A stretch of DNA of 64,000 bases from an uncultured Candidatus Saccharibacteria bacterium (GTDB lineage Bacteria; Patescibacteriota; Minisyncoccia; Phycocordibacterales; UBA12088): NCBI GenBank assembly GCA_964567265.1, contig CAZMLK010000001.1, forward strand, positions 395,723 to 459,722, given 5' to 3'. A program made the position numbers and the translations under genes. Of the stretch, positions 9,847 to 18,948 are shown in pieces. The notes below the pieces were generated by a model. That model searched no databases. It was not told where the DNA came from and was given only the letters and a program-made list of their open reading frames with translations. How positions within the stretch are numbered: the stretch's first letter is position 1; each line of letters begins with the position of its first letter.

Positions 9847-10179
9847 TTAATGGCTCACGGATCGATCAGGAGAACGTGGAGTGGTGTCGAGAAGGATGCT
9901 GCAGTATTCCTCCGAAGTGACATACCTCTCGAGCGTTGTTCCCGGTCGTAGTTTCTGGAGCACAGACAGATGAGCAACGACATCATTTGCCAGTGCGATA
10001 CGGGACTCGCTGTTGTCCGGACGAAGAAGCCTATAGGTCCTCCACTTCTGGATTACTGTCTTAAGCCCGCGTTCTGCTTTGATTGCAGGCATCTCGACGG
10101 GCGGTGAGGCTAGCCTCCGCTCGCAGATTCTACCGACGAGTGCAGGGATGACGAACAGCATGACCGAAATCCTTTTCAT
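9847..10179 (-). CDS. hypothetical protein with N-terminal signal-like segment
   Basis: MKRISVMLFVIPALVGRI hydrophobic N-terminus. Hairpins lie downstream of the stop. No recognised motif. Confidence 0.45.
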   Translation of the reverse strand: MKRISVMLFVIPALVGRICERRLASPPVEMPAIKAERGLKTVIQKWRTYRLLRPDNSESRIALANDVVAHLSVLQKLRPGTTLERYVTSEEYCSILLDTTPRSPDRSVSH

Positions 10180-10240
10180 AGGAACGATTCATTGAAATAT
10201 AAACACGTATATACAGCAGTGTCAATGTATCAATTTTTGA

Positions 10241-10273
10241 CGAAATAAGAAACCGTGGCTTTGTCTGCCACGG
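10241..10273 (-). terminator. rho-independent terminator
   Basis: On the minus strand, CCGTGGC-agacaaa-GCCACGG followed by TTTCTTATTT. Confidence 0.7.
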
Positions 10274-10282
10274 CGCTTCTCG

Positions 10283-10609
10283 TCAGCTCTTCGATTGTTC
10301 GTGTATCCGGTGCAGCTCATCGAACGAGTCGGCCCATGTTTGGAGCGCAGCTCGTTTTATGGGATCCGGAACGACCTCTTCGAGCTTTTGCTCCTTCTCG
10401 ATACAGAGCGCGACGACAAGTGCTGCGGCTCGTGCTATTTCAAGCGGGCTCGGCTCTTCTTCCCTTCCCCGATACTTGGCGAGGCTCGCAAGAATGAGAT
10501 TGTAGGCCTTCAATGCCTCACGCGGAGTGGTCGGCTGTTTCTTTGCCAAGAAGCGGTACTCCGATGTTCGTGGCAGATTTGCCACAGGTGCCTGCACAGA
10601 TACAAACAT
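10283..10609 (-). CDS. hypothetical protein
   Basis: 108-aa ORF followed by a good terminator. No recognised motif. Confidence 0.45.
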   Translation of the reverse strand: MFVSVQAPVANLPRTSEYRFLAKKQPTTPREALKAYNLILASLAKYRGREEEPSPLEIARAAALVVALCIEKEQKLEEVVPDPIKRAALQTWADSFDELHRIHEQSKS

Positions 10610-10658
10610 CTTGAAGCACGACCGTCAATCGAGCTGTTCGAGAACTGTAGATGCCTTG

Positions 10659-11102
10659 TTACGCCTTTTGAATAGAAATGGTGAAGACTGCCGAACGCTT
10701 CTCGTACCACGCTTCAAGAGTATGGTCGCCGGTCGTCTTGAGTGGCGCGGCCAACTTGAGCGCGTCGCTTGGAAGCTTGATCTTGTATTCTGACTCGATC
10801 GCTTTCAGGATCTGATCCTTCTTGATGCCCTCGAAGAGATGGCCTTTTTCATTCGCTTTCGCTGCAATGATGACCTTGGCGCCGCGGAGCGCATCGATGT
10901 TCTGCATGAAGTACGCGCGGGTCGCCGCCTCGGCCTGAAGCGCCTGGTCCTTCTCGGCTTTTGCCGCGGCAATCTTCCCCGGCGTGGCCACTTCCGCTAC
11001 GCGCTTGGGAAAAAGGAAGTTATGGGCGTAGCCCTCAGAGACTTCCTTCACCTCATGCTTCCTGCCGACACCGCGCACGTCCTGGAGCAGAATTACTTTC
11101 AT
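10659..11102 (-). CDS. rplI: 50S ribosomal protein L9
   Basis: MKVILLQDVRGVGRKHEVKEVSEGYAHNFLFPKRVA. Start moved to the internal ATG of track ORF 10659..11144. Confidence 0.85.
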   Translation of the reverse strand: MKVILLQDVRGVGRKHEVKEVSEGYAHNFLFPKRVAEVATPGKIAAAKAEKDQALQAEAATRAYFMQNIDALRGAKVIIAAKANEKGHLFEGIKKDQILKAIESEYKIKLPSDALKLAAPLKTTGDHTLEAWYEKRSAVFTISIQKA

Positions 11103-11167
11103 ATGTGGTGATTGTATAGAACAGAGCCCCCGGATGCAACGCATCCGGGGGCTCTGTGTGGATCTGC

Positions 11168-12439
11168 CTAATTTCCAGTCTTCAGGTAGACTGCAGCGCG
11201 TTCGAGCTGGGTGTCGCGACCGAGCTTGAGATCGTCCTCAGTGAATGTGACCGGGATATCAGGCGTGAGGCCTCCGGCTGAGATGGAACGGCCATTCGGA
11301 GTGAGCCACTGCGCGACGGTCACCTTGAGCGAGGTTTCCGGAGTCACGTTGATGAGCTCCTGTACCGATCCCTTTCCAAAGCTGCGCTCGCCGATCAGCT
11401 TCGCTACTCCCTGCTCCTGGAGCGCGCCTGCGAGGATTTCTGATGCCGATGCGGAACCCTGGTTGATGAGGACCGCGACCTTGAAGTTGTTATTCCCGTA
11501 GATGTTGTAGCCCTTGCTGCGGTATGTGCGGTTCTCCTGTCCGCCTCCGAAGTGCTCCTCAACGACCACCTTTCCGGTCGGGAGGAACCATCCGGCCATA
11601 TCGACAGCAGCCTCGAGGAATCCTCCCGGATTACCGCGGAGGTCTATGACGAGCTTGTCGGACTTACTCTCGAGGAACTTGCGGATCGCGTCGCGGAAAT
11701 CATTCGCTGACGTGGCACCGAAGCTATAGAGGTGGATCACGTAGACATTGTCAGGACGGAGTTCCTGCGCGATCGTCGGGACCTTGATGGTATCGCGGAC
11801 GATGGTGACTTCGATCGGCTTGTCGGAGCCCTTGCGGATGAGCGTGAGCGTGACCTTGGTCCCGATCTTGCCGCGGATCTTCTTGACTGCTTCTTCGACA
11901 GAAAGGCCTTCCGTCGTGACGCCGTCAACCTTCGCGACGAGGTCTCCTGCCTTCACGCCGACCTTCTCCGCCGGTGAATCCTTGAGCGGAGTCACGACCG
12001 TGACAATGTCATTGCGGAGGCCGATCTCCATACCTACGCCACCGAAGCTGCCATTAATGTCATCGTTGAACTGCTGGTTCTTGACCGGTGGGAAGAAGAC
12101 CGTATACGGATCGCCCAGCGATTTCGCGAGCCCTTCGATGGCGCCCCAGACTTTGTCCTGGTCGTCGATGCGCGCTTCGAGCGCGGAGCTCGTAGATGTC
12201 GTCGCGGATGTCGCAGGAACGTAGCGCTGGTTGATTATCGCCCACGCCTTGTAGAGCGGCGCGAAATCGACTCCTTCTGGCGGCGCAGTATAATCGCTAC
12301 CGACGATGGTCATGGTACTCGCACGCGTCTCTTGGTAGTCGCCGATTGCGAGGCCTGCGAAGAATGCGACGGATACTAACACGAGGATAAACGAGTAACC
12401 GACGCCGCTCTTTCGGATATGCGCGAGTATTGTATTCAT
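11168..12439 (-). CDS. ctpA: S41 family C-terminal processing peptidase with PDZ domain
   Basis: GGVGMEIG, PDZ segment (SPAEKVGVKAGD), LINQGSASASEILAGAL, FGKGSVQ. Start set at the second Met (MNTILAHIRK) because a TTGACG-N17-GATACT promoter lies 8 nt upstream. Confidence 0.9.
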   Translation of the reverse strand: MNTILAHIRKSGVGYSFILVLVSVAFFAGLAIGDYQETRASTMTIVGSDYTAPPEGVDFAPLYKAWAIINQRYVPATSATTSTSSALEARIDDQDKVWGAIEGLAKSLGDPYTVFFPPVKNQQFNDDINGSFGGVGMEIGLRNDIVTVVTPLKDSPAEKVGVKAGDLVAKVDGVTTEGLSVEEAVKKIRGKIGTKVTLTLIRKGSDKPIEVTIVRDTIKVPTIAQELRPDNVYVIHLYSFGATSANDFRDAIRKFLESKSDKLVIDLRGNPGGFLEAAVDMAGWFLPTGKVVVEEHFGGGQENRTYRSKGYNIYGNNNFKVAVLINQGSASASEILAGALQEQGVAKLIGERSFGKGSVQELINVTPETSLKVTVAQWLTPNGRSISAGGLTPDIPVTFTEDDLKLGRDTQLERAAVYLKTGN

Positions 12440-12447
12440 TACTAGAC

Positions 12448-12476
12448 AGTATCGCAAAGGCGAACACTCTCGTCAA
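12448..12476 (-). promoter_or_regulatory. sigma70-like promoter of ctpA (leaderless-type)
   Basis: Minus strand: TTGACG-17 nt-GATACT-8 nt-ATG. Confidence 0.5.
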
Positions 12477-12550
12477 TTTGCGTGGAGTCGGGAAAACGCG
12501 TTGTCCTTCGATTTTGAATCACGCTATACTGAAGTTCTAATGAATTCGAA

Positions 12551-13465
12551 ATGATCACGAGGAACACGTACAAGAAGCTGTTGTGGATCGATCTCGAATC
12601 GCCGACTGCGGAGGAAGTGAAGGAAGTGATGGGGGAATTCTCGCTCGATCCCATGATCGCGGACGAGCTTCTCTTCCCCAGCCTGAAACCGAAAGTCGAG
12701 ATCGGAGGTGACTACCTGTATCTCGTGCTCCATTTCCCTGCTCTCAAGCACAGCCATAAGAGCGGGACTGCGCAGGAGATCGATTTCATCGTCGGCGAAT
12801 CATTCGTGATCACGACCCATTACGACACCATCGACCCCCTCCACAAGTTCGCGAAGATCTTCGAGGTGAATTCGATACTCGACCGGAGCGACATCGGCAC
12901 GAATGCCGGATATCTCTTCTACTACATGCTCAAGAAGCTGTACCAGTCCTTGGACCACGAGCTTGAATACATTTATGATGCGCTTCTTACTGCCGAGGCA
13001 GGCATATTCGAAGGACAGGAGAAACAGATGGTCCGGAAGCTCTCGCTCGTGAGCCGTGACCTCCTCAATATGCGCCAGGCGCTCGTGGGACACGCAGACA
13101 TCCTCCGCTCGCTCGAGCAGAGCGCGCCCGAGATATTCGGGAAGTCCATCACGAAGCGTATCCGCGACATCTCGACCGAGTATTACCGGATCGAGAATAC
13201 GATGAAATCCCACTCCGCGCTCCTCCTCGAACTCAGGGAAACGAACAACTCGCTGGTCTCGACGAAGCAGAACGAAGTCATGAAGACCTTCACCATCATG
13301 GCGTTCACGACGCTGCCGCTTTCCCTGATTGCAGCGGTGTTCGGCATGAACACGCAGTATACGCCGGTCTCCGGGCATCCATTTGACTTTTGGATCATCG
13401 TCGCCATGATGGTGGTAACGGCGCTTGCCTTCTTCGGATACTTCCGGCACAAGGGCTGGCTCTAA
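12551..13465 (+). CDS. corA: CorA family magnesium/cobalt transporter
   Basis: C-terminal two TM helices with FGMNTQY (GMN motif). Length is typical. Confidence 0.9.
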   Translation: MITRNTYKKLLWIDLESPTAEEVKEVMGEFSLDPMIADELLFPSLKPKVEIGGDYLYLVLHFPALKHSHKSGTAQEIDFIVGESFVITTHYDTIDPLHKFAKIFEVNSILDRSDIGTNAGYLFYYMLKKLYQSLDHELEYIYDALLTAEAGIFEGQEKQMVRKLSLVSRDLLNMRQALVGHADILRSLEQSAPEIFGKSITKRIRDISTEYYRIENTMKSHSALLLELRETNNSLVSTKQNEVMKTFTIMAFTTLPLSLIAAVFGMNTQYTPVSGHPFDFWIIVAMMVVTALAFFGYFRHKGWL

Positions 13466-13497
13466 GCCGGACCTGTAGGCGCTGACCCACCCTCCCG

Positions 13498-14970
13498 ATG
13501 TTTTTCCTATCACTCGACAAGCAAACGCCCCCGCCACCCCCTCCGAAACCGCCCCTGCGGCTCTGGAACACCCTTTCGGCTGCCAAGGAGATCTTCGTCC
13601 CGATCCGCGGCCCCAAGGTCACGATGTACAACTGCGGCCCCACGGTGTACGACCATCAGCACATAGGCAACCTGAAACCGTATGTCTTCGCGGATGTGCT
13701 CCGGCGCACGCTCGAATACAACGACTTCGAGGTGAAGCAGGTCATCAACATCACGGATGTAGGGCATCTCGTTTCCGACGCTGACGACGGCGAGGACAAG
13801 CTCGAGAAAGGCGCGAAGAAATTCGGGCTCACCGCGCAGGCGCTCGCGAAGCAGATCACTGTTGAATATAAGGACGACCTCGAGAAGGTCGATATCAAGA
13901 CGAAAAAAATTCAATTCACGAAGGCCACCGATTATATCGGTGAGCAGATCGCGCTCGTGCAGACGCTTGAAGAAAAAGGCTACACGTACCGCACCGACGA
14001 CGGCATCTATTTCGACACCTCCCGCTTCCCTTCGTACGGCAAGCTTGGCAATATCCACATCGAGGGTTTGAAGCCGGGTGCGCGCGTCGCTGGAGGCGAG
14101 AAGCGGCATCCGACCGATTTCGCGCTCTGGAAATTCTCAGCGAAAGGCGAGAAGCGTCAACAGGAATGGAAATCGCCATGGGGCATCGGCTTCCCGGGTT
14201 GGCACCTCGAATGCACCGCGATGATCTTCGCCGAGCTCGGCCGCCAGATCGATATTCATACCGGCGGCATCGACCACATACCGGTCCACCACAACAACGA
14301 GATCGCGCAAGCGGAGGCGGCGACCGGCAAGCAGTACGTGAAGTACTGGCTCCACAACGCATTCATCACGATCGAGGGCAAGAAGATCTCGAAGTCTCTC
14401 GGGAACACCATCCTTCTCCGCAATATCACTGACCGCGGCCTGAATCCGCTCGCCTATCGCATGTGGCTCCTCGGCGGGCACTACCGTTCGCCGATGAATT
14501 TCACTTGGGAAGCCGTGGAGGGTGCGAATACCGCGCTGTTGAAGCTGCATCGGTATTTCGTTGACGAGCTTCCCTCCCGCGCTGGCGGCAGCGTTGACGC
14601 TTCATACCAACTGCGGTTTCAGGAGGCTGTCAATGACGATCTTGATACGCCGAAAGCGCTCGCACTCTTGTTTGAGCTCGTGAAGGACGATTCCGTCACG
14701 GAAGCCGACAAGCGGGCGACTATCCTCGACTTCGACCGCGTGCTCGGCATCGGATTCATCGAGGGAAGGAAGAAAATGAAGGATGCCCTTTCGATCAACG
14801 TCCTCAGAGAAGGCGACATCCCGAAAGATATTCAGGGACTCATCACTGAGCGTGAAGCGGCACGTGCCGCAAAGAACTGGATGGAAGCCGATCGCCTCCG
14901 CGACCAGCTCGAACGGAAAGGATACACCGTCACGGACACGCCGAAAGGTTCCATGGTCGAGAGGGCTTGA
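13498..14970 (+). CDS. cysS: cysteinyl-tRNA synthetase (start uncertain)
   Basis: MYNCGPTVYDHQHIGN (HIGH), KISKSLGN (KMSKS), and WHLECTAM for zinc/cysteine binding. A ~20-aa Pro-rich N-terminal extension is unusual. Confidence 0.9.
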   Translation: MFFLSLDKQTPPPPPPKPPLRLWNTLSAAKEIFVPIRGPKVTMYNCGPTVYDHQHIGNLKPYVFADVLRRTLEYNDFEVKQVINITDVGHLVSDADDGEDKLEKGAKKFGLTAQALAKQITVEYKDDLEKVDIKTKKIQFTKATDYIGEQIALVQTLEEKGYTYRTDDGIYFDTSRFPSYGKLGNIHIEGLKPGARVAGGEKRHPTDFALWKFSAKGEKRQQEWKSPWGIGFPGWHLECTAMIFAELGRQIDIHTGGIDHIPVHHNNEIAQAEAATGKQYVKYWLHNAFITIEGKKISKSLGNTILLRNITDRGLNPLAYRMWLLGGHYRSPMNFTWEAVEGANTALLKLHRYFVDELPSRAGGSVDASYQLRFQEAVNDDLDTPKALALLFELVKDDSVTEADKRATILDFDRVLGIGFIEGRKKMKDALSINVLREGDIPKDIQGLITEREAARAAKNWMEADRLRDQLERKGYTVTDTPKGSMVERA

Positions 14971-15180
14971 GCCGGCATCTTTCCTGCCGTATGGTGCGAG
15001 GGCAGGAATCCGAACGAACAAGCGTACTTTGTCGCTTGGACTTCCCAATGTTCTGCCGAGGTCGTTTCCTGCGCAACGGTCACGTACGCTTCAGAGGACT
15101 CCTGCACTCCTCCCGTCTGCATGCATGCAGCGAGTTTTTTGTTTGAAATTCTTGACAGGTTCCACGGATTCCGGCATGGT

Positions 15181-15305
15181 TGGTAGCGGAGGGTGCGGTT
15201 ACATTCTTGACGCAGGTTTTTGAATGTTGCACTACCGCACCTTCCATATCGATCTTGTTGGCGTTTCCTCCCGACTTCGCCCGGCGCTTCGCGCCGGGCT
15301 TTTAT
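15181..15305 (+). ncRNA. candidate small structured RNA (unassigned)
   Basis: No credible ORF. 12-bp helix GGAGGGTGCGGT / ACCGCACCTTCC encloses an ACATTC/GAATGT hairpin, and a strong terminator sits at the 3' end. The TTGACA-N17-CATGGT promoter match upstream is weak. Confidence 0.2.
15279..15305 (+). terminator. rho-independent terminator
   Basis: GCCCGGCGC-ttc-GCGCCGGGC followed by TTTTATATT. Confidence 0.75.
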
Positions 15306-15390
15306 ATTCCTCGGACCTCCATTTTCTATACACACCTTAGGAACACGAAATCCCTATTTGGGGACTTCCCTGCCCCCAAACCCGACGTGC

Positions 15391-15396
15391 TAGAAT
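15391..15396 (+). promoter_or_regulatory. -10 box of dnaB (leaderless-type)
   Basis: TAGAAT-9 nt-ATG, with no Shine-Dalgarno sequence. Confidence 0.45.
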
Positions 15397-15405
15397 TGCC
15401 CTACC

Positions 15406-16788
15406 ATGGCAACCGCACCCGTACGCTCCCTTCGTATTCCTCCCCACAATCTCGATTCCGAGAAGGCGCTTCTTGGGGCGCTTATGTTGAAGCCGGATTC
15501 GCTCCACGACATCAGCGATCTCGTATCGCCGGAATCGTTCTACGCAGAGAAGCATCGCATGATCATGGTCGCGATCATGGAACTGTTCTCGAAGAGCGAA
15601 GGCATTGACCTCCTGACCGTTTCCTCCAAGCTCCGTGACCAGAAGCGGCTCGAGCAGATCGGCGGCGGAAGCTACCTTTCCGAGCTCATGAATACGGTTC
15701 CTGCGGCAGCAAACGCGAAGTTCTATGCCGAGATGGTCCAGAAGACGGCACTGCTTCGCGGCGTCATCGCAGCCGCCGAAGATATCGGCGAGATGGGCTA
15801 TGACCAGAATACTGCCGTAGACGAGATCCTCGATCGCGCTGAGAAGCGCATGTACCAGGTCGCGCACGCGACGTCTACCCGCAAATTCATTGCGCTCCGC
15901 GACGGGCTTGATGATGCATGGAACCGTCTCGACGCGCTCCATAACGCTAATGGCGCGACCCGCGGCGTCCCGACCGGATACAAGGATCTCGACAACCTCC
16001 TTTCCGGATTCCAGCCATCCGACCTCATCATCCTCGCAGCCCGTCCCTCGATCGGTAAGACCTCATTTGCCCTTGATATCGCGCGTCAGGCCGCGACCAT
16101 GCACAACGTGCCGGTCGGCATCTTCTCGCTTGAAATGAGCTCGCAGCAGCTCGTAGACCGCCTGCTCTCGGCCGAAGCACGCGTCGACGCCTGGAAGCTT
16201 CGAACGGGGAAGCTCTCGACCGACCAGGAGTTCGAGCAGATTCGCGGCGCGCTCGACCGCCTCGCCTCGGCGCCGATCTACATCGATGACCAGCCGTCCG
16301 CGAGCATCCTCACCATGCGCTCGGTCGCGCGCCGCCTCATGCGCGAGCATGGGCTCGGGCTCATCATCATCGACTACCTCCAGCTCATGGTCCCGACCAA
16401 CTCGCGCGCGACGGACAACCTCGTGCAGCAGGTCACCGAGATCTCACGCTCGCTGAAAGGCATGGCGCGCGAGCTCAACGTGCCTGTGCTCGCGCTCTCG
16501 CAGCTCTCGCGCGCCGTCGAGGCGCGCGGCGGCAAGCCGCGCCTCTCCGACCTCCGCGACTCCGGCTCGATCGAGCAGGACGCCGATGTCGTTATGTTCA
16601 TTCACCGCGATGACAAGATCAATCCGAACTCCGATCAGCCGAATATCGCCGAGATCATGATCGAGAAGCACCGCAACGGCCCGACCGGCAGCGTCAAGCT
16701 GTTCTTCGACAGCGCGAAGACCTCGTTCCTCCCGATCGAGAAGAGCGATTTCGGATCCTTCGAGACCGCGGTTGCCGACGACTTCTAA
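15406..16788 (+). CDS. dnaB: replicative DNA helicase DnaB
   Basis: PPHNLDSEKALLGALM, ARPSIGKTSFALD (Walker A), IIIDYLQLM, SQLSR, RDSGSIEQDADVV. Confidence 0.95.
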   Translation: MATAPVRSLRIPPHNLDSEKALLGALMLKPDSLHDISDLVSPESFYAEKHRMIMVAIMELFSKSEGIDLLTVSSKLRDQKRLEQIGGGSYLSELMNTVPAAANAKFYAEMVQKTALLRGVIAAAEDIGEMGYDQNTAVDEILDRAEKRMYQVAHATSTRKFIALRDGLDDAWNRLDALHNANGATRGVPTGYKDLDNLLSGFQPSDLIILAARPSIGKTSFALDIARQAATMHNVPVGIFSLEMSSQQLVDRLLSAEARVDAWKLRTGKLSTDQEFEQIRGALDRLASAPIYIDDQPSASILTMRSVARRLMREHGLGLIIIDYLQLMVPTNSRATDNLVQQVTEISRSLKGMARELNVPVLALSQLSRAVEARGGKPRLSDLRDSGSIEQDADVVMFIHRDDKINPNSDQPNIAEIMIEKHRNGPTGSVKLFFDSAKTSFLPIEKSDFGSFETAVADDF

Positions 16789-16798
16789 CCTCTTTCCC

Positions 16799-17419
16799 AT
16801 GAATACCATCGCCAAGCTCGCGGAGCTTTTTAACGAATTCCCTGGAATAGGGCCGCGCCAAGCGAAGCGGTTCGTGTATTTCCTCTTGACCAAGCATCCC
16901 CGATTCCTCGAGGAGCTCGCAGAGGCGCTGAAGACGCTCCAGCGGAGCGTCGCGATCTGCCCGTCCTGCTATCGCTACTTCACCCGGAATGGATCGCCCG
17001 AACCGCGTTGCGGAACCTGCGCTGACTCCTCGCGCTCGGAAGCCACCCTCATGATCGTTGAGAAGGATGTTGATTTCGAGAATATCGAGAAAAGCCGCGT
17101 CTATGACGGCAAGTATTTCATCCTCGGCGGGACCATCTCCTTGCTTGATAAGGAGCCGGAGACGAAGGTCCATTCACGGGAGCTCGCGCGGATCGTAGAC
17201 GAGCGCGGCAAGTCTGGAATATTGAAAGAGATTATCCTCGCGCTCTCAGCGAACGCAGATGGCGAAGAAACTGGAGATTATGTACGCGAAATACTGACTC
17301 CTGCAATCGAAGGGTATGGAATCAAGGTCTCACTTTTTGGCCGCGGACTCTCGACCGGCAGCGAGCTTGAGTATGCAGATTCGGAGACCATCAAGAATGC
17401 GTTCGCAAACCGAAAGTGA
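16799..17419 (+). CDS. recR: recombination protein RecR
   Basis: LAELFNEFPGIGPRQAKRF (HhH), C-x2-C ... C-x2-C zinc finger, and a Toprim-like segment. Start at the internal ATG just after the dnaB stop. Confidence 0.9.
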   Translation: MNTIAKLAELFNEFPGIGPRQAKRFVYFLLTKHPRFLEELAEALKTLQRSVAICPSCYRYFTRNGSPEPRCGTCADSSRSEATLMIVEKDVDFENIEKSRVYDGKYFILGGTISLLDKEPETKVHSRELARIVDERGKSGILKEIILALSANADGEETGDYVREILTPAIEGYGIKVSLFGRGLSTGSELEYADSETIKNAFANRK

Positions 17420-17442
17420 TTTTGGCCCAACCATGCATATGA

Positions 17443-17478
17443 AATGGAGACAGTTGTGGACGCAACTGTCTCCATTTT
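17443..17478. terminator. bidirectional terminator (recR / 17487 gene)
   Basis: 14-bp stem AATGGAGACAGTTG-tggacg-CAACTGTCTCCATT followed by TT. Confidence 0.75.
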
Positions 17479-17486
17479 CAATCCGC

Positions 17487-17852
17487 TCATTGCTTATACA
17501 CGAGCGGGAGGTTATTAGAAAGAGCGTATAGACAGGTGATGAGGAGATCCTTTCGATTGCCAACGGCCTCATCCTCCGGAGTACCGGCGGCGATCCTGAT
17601 GTAGTGCTCCCCTTCGTACTCTATAATCTGTACCCCCCAAACTGGAAGACGGAGGTGCTTCCCGTCCTCGAGGGCCGCCAATAGCATTCTCTGATGCTTT
17701 TTGGGGAGCGGCGAAAGGATGCGCAGCAATTGGAGCGACGATATCGGAGAGTATAAATAACGCCGGCCATCATCGTCTGCGATTCCGACGACTTGCTGAA
17801 GCCTCTCGAGCTCGAGGTGATAGTCCACATTCCTATCCATCACGGGCATCAC
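17487..17852 (-). CDS. hypothetical protein
   Basis: 121-aa ORF between two terminators. No recognised motif. Confidence 0.45.
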   Translation of the reverse strand: MMPVMDRNVDYHLELERLQQVVGIADDDGRRYLYSPISSLQLLRILSPLPKKHQRMLLAALEDGKHLRLPVWGVQIIEYEGEHYIRIAAGTPEDEAVGNRKDLLITCLYALSNNLPLVYKQ

Positions 17853-17941
17853 TCACTCGTTGGGTTACCTACCGTAGTTATAACAAGCGAGGGGCGAAAT
17901 GCAATCCGGCCCCGCGAGAGCGGGGCCGGTTGTTTAGGGAC

Positions 17942-18250
17942 TTAGTCGATGGTGACCTTGAGGAAAGGCTGGCGATGGCCGCGGTTCTTGAAGTAGCGGG
18001 CCTTCGGCTTGTACTTGATGACCGCGATCTTCTTGTGGCGTCCGACTTCTTTGATCGTGCCGACGACCTTGCCGCCGGAGACTGATGGGAGGCCGAGCTT
18101 GGTAGCCTTGCCGTCGTCCGTGAGGAGGACCTCCTCGAAGGTGACCTTGTCGCCCACCTTCAAATCACCCTTCATCTGCTCGATAGAAATGGTATCGCCC
18201 GAGGCGACCACGTACTGCTTTCCGCCTGTTTTGATTACTGAAAAATCCAT
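17942..18250 (-). CDS. rplU: 50S ribosomal protein L21
   Basis: FSVIKTGGKQYVV..GD.I..E ... KIAVIKYKPKARYFKNRGHRQPF. Confidence 0.9.
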   Translation of the reverse strand: MDFSVIKTGGKQYVVASGDTISIEQMKGDLKVGDKVTFEEVLLTDDGKATKLGLPSVSGGKVVGTIKEVGRHKKIAVIKYKPKARYFKNRGHRQPFLKVTID

Positions 18251-18313
18251 ATGTCGTATATAAGTCCGATAAATATAGCCTATTTCCTAGAAAATACAAG
18301 GGGGTATGGAAAT

Positions 18314-18339
18314 GGCCGCCCGCGAAGGTGCGGGCGGCC
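18314..18339 (-). terminator. GC-rich hairpin downstream of the 18368 gene
   Basis: GGCCGCCCGC-gaaggt-GCGGGCGGCC. The T-tract is weak. Confidence 0.5.
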
Positions 18340-18367
18340 AAGATTCAGAAGGAGCACAGTCTCAGGT

Positions 18368-18556
18368 CTAGAAAAGCTGCAAATTCCTCCGGTCTTTCTC
18401 CGCCCAGTACAGGGAGCGTTGTTCAGGAGTCATTTCTTGAACGATACGCCGCTCTTGCTCCGCGGAGCGGTCGAGCGCATCACCCAGATCTGACCAGAAG
18501 GCGCGACAGGACTCCTGGAAGCTCCGGAGGAGCTGTCGAATCCATTTGAAAGGCAT
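18368..18556 (-). CDS. hypothetical small protein (62 aa)
   Basis: Preceded by a TTGACA-N17-TATTAC promoter and a GAGGAGG RBS, and followed by a hairpin. Confidence 0.5.
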   Translation of the reverse strand: MPFKWIRQLLRSFQESCRAFWSDLGDALDRSAEQERRIVQEMTPEQRSLYWAEKDRRNLQLF

Positions 18557-18591
18557 GGTACCCTACCTCCTCTACAGACTTACTTTTTACA

Positions 18592-18620
18592 GTAATACAT
18601 ATTTAATTGCCATTTGTCAA
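18592..18620 (-). promoter_or_regulatory. sigma70-like promoter
   Basis: Minus strand: TTGACA-17 nt-TATTAC, then GAGGAGG about 9 nt before the ATG at 18556. Confidence 0.55.
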
Positions 18621-18681
18621 GTATCGAATGTGGAAAAGAGAACCGCCCCGAGGGGCGGTAAATGCTTTGTTTTTTGGCGCT

Positions 18682-18942
18682 TCAGAGTGCCCGGCGATAC
18701 TTTCTCAGCTTCTTCTCTTCTGGACTCTCCTGTTGTGGTGGGGATGGAGGTGCGCTCCACTTGTGAGATGGAGGCAACGCTCTCGGTACGAGTTGCAGCA
18801 TGTAGCGCCAATACGCAACGACGGTTCTGTAGTTGGCGTGCCACTGCAAAAGACAACGGGGTTGAAATTGGCCGAATGTCATTTGAACCACCCTTCTACG
18901 TAAAGCTGACCTTGTTGTAGGCCGATTTTTGAATGGTGTCAA
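18682..18942 (-). CDS. hypothetical small protein
   Basis: 86-aa ORF followed by hairpin ACCGCCCC/GGGGCGGT plus TCTCTTTTCC. No recognised motif. Confidence 0.35.
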   Translation of the reverse strand: MTPFKNRPTTRSALRRRVVQMTFGQFQPRCLLQWHANYRTVVAYWRYMLQLVPRALPPSHKWSAPPSPPQQESPEEKKLRKYRRAL

Positions 18943-18948
18943 TGCCAG

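Noticed and set aside
9454-18250. rplU (L21) and rpmA (L27) are about 8 kb apart on opposite strands instead of forming the usual rplU-rpmA operon.
   Set aside because: This is a real rearrangement, but it is ordinary synteny loss with no functional implication I can support.
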